A program made the translations under genes and the position numbers. The notes beneath the pieces are model-generated. The model made no database searches. It saw nothing but the letters and a program-made list of their open reading frames with translations, and was not told the origin of the DNA. DNA of 64,000 nucleotides. Source: Nitrospirota bacterium. Lineage in GTDB: Bacteria; Nitrospirota; UBA9217. The DNA lies in assembly GCA_963818475.1 (NCBI GenBank), contig CAWFSF010000003.1:192001-256000 (forward strand), in the 5' to 3' direction. Shown piece after piece: positions 62,882 to 64,000 of the stretch. Numbering within the stretch: the stretch's first letter is position 1; each line of letters opens with the position of its first letter.

Positions 62882-63643
62882 TCATTTGAAATATTTTTTT
62901 GCTGCTGCGGATTTCAGGAAGCTGATGATCGCCAGGAGCTCTTTGGACGGTTCACCTTTGGTGACGATGCTGAGTTGACGGGTGATCGGCTTGGTCTTGA
63001 CGACCTTCACCTTGCCCGGGTTCATTTTAACGAACCCTTCCGACAGGACGCCTATGGCGATTGGCGACTGCGAGACGAGGTCGATCTCTTCCCGCGTGGT
63101 CACGGCCGTGAAGACGCTTCCGGCAAAAGCTGCGCGGTTCATCACTGTATCCTGCAGGAATTTCCGCGTGCCCGAACTTTTGGGCGGAACAACGACCACG
63201 ATCCGCTCGTCCGGCCCGCCCACTGTTTTCCAGTTGGCGATCTTGCCGCTGTTGATGTCCGCAAGCTGCTCCCACGTCAGGGTTTTCACGGGATTCTTCG
63301 GGTGGACGATAGGGACCATGACGTCTTTGAAAATAACGTGCTCCTGGTAGGTCCCTTCCTCGGGCACGCCTGTTTCCCGGAAGGCACTATCCAGCGGGAC
63401 GGAGATCATTGCCGCCGCAGCCTCGCCCGTGATGAGCTCCTTCAGCCCCTTGATCGTTCCCACGCACCTCATCTCGAGCTTCGTTCCGGTCTTTTTCTCG
63501 AGGGCGGCCTGCGCCGGCTCCAGAATACGCTTCTGAAAGGTTGTCGAACCCGAGATGACGAGCGGGGCTGCTGCGGCCCGGACGGAACCGCCCATCACGA
63601 ACAACAGCGTTATCAAGGCAATGCAATTCAGTTTTTTCATCAC
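62882..63643 (-). CDS. PstS-like periplasmic binding protein
   Basis: ISGSTT, IVHPKNPV, GKIANWKTVGG, SSGTR. Confidence 0.85.
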   Translation of the reverse strand: MMKKLNCIALITLLFVMGGSVRAAAAPLVISGSTTFQKRILEPAQAALEKKTGTKLEMRCVGTIKGLKELITGEAAAAMISVPLDSAFRETGVPEEGTYQEHVIFKDVMVPIVHPKNPVKTLTWEQLADINSGKIANWKTVGGPDERIVVVVPPKSSGTRKFLQDTVMNRAAFAGSVFTAVTTREEIDLVSQSPIAIGVLSEGFVKMNPGKVKVVKTKPITRQLSIVTKGEPSKELLAIISFLKSAAAKKYFK

Positions 63644-63699
63644 GAACCCTTGTCCGGGCGGGCTTGCCGCGATTCTCTTGTACCAGGTTAGACGAGCTC

Positions 63700-64000
63700 C
63701 TACCTGGCTAAAGCCTTTTTGAGGCTTTCGATCATGTCGCTCGTGGTCTCGTCGATCAACGAGGAAAATTCCTGCACGATCTTGTTCTTGGGATCGCCCA
63801 GATCGATATGGTCCTGCCTTACCGCGTCTTGCCCCGAGCCCAGGTAAAGGGGGAGCAGATCCCTTGATCTGGCGCCCTTAGCCAGCGACGGCCATCCCAT
63901 GTCCGCGATGATCCGGCCCGTCTTGTCCACGATAACCATGGTCTGCGCCGCGTGAATGGCGCCGTCCGTCCGGTTGCCGCTCACAATGAAGGTCTTGGGC
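63700..64000 (-). CDS. C-terminal part of an unidentified protein running off the window end
   Basis: Open frame from the window edge to a stop at 63700. Confidence 0.55.
   Translation of the reverse strand, partial: PKTFIVSGNRTDGAIHAAQTMVIVDKTGRIIADMGWPSLAKGARSRDLLPLYLGSGQDAVRQDHIDLGDPKNKIVQEFSSLIDETTSDMIESLKKALAR

Overview
GC-rich bacterial chromosomal segment, mostly minus-strand genes. Gene content (romR next to valS, valS-nadC-birA-coaX, Pil/Chp-type chemosensory cluster, CxxxxCH multiheme cytochromes) suggests a Nitrospirota- or deltaproteobacteria-like organism (inference). Housekeeping genes: rnj, comM/yifB, tRNA-Leu(GAG), ilvE, aconitase, galT, coaX, birA, nadC, valS, icd, dksA. Many genes, including essential valS, carry single-base frameshifts, most likely uncorrected long-read indels. 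Accessory highlights: (1) a 2.2 kb islet bounded by a 46-bp duplication of the comM 3' end, carrying an XRE-Panacea/RelE-like toxin-antitoxin pair; (2) an ~8.5 kb insertion between valS and nadC with a four-helix-bundle gene, a large RecD-like helicase-nuclease, CcbP-like, SWIM and unknown genes; (3) a Pil/Chp-like chemosensory operon ending in a RomR homologue; (4) a porin + heptaheme + ~16-heme cytochrome conduit; (5) an AAA-ATPase/RsbW-kinase fusion + STAS + HD-GYP operon; (6) many short 7-9-mer repeat elements at gene junctions and inside valS; (7) attC-like hairpins flanking an OMP + FG-GAP gene pair. No rRNA, CRISPR array, integrase or transposase was seen.
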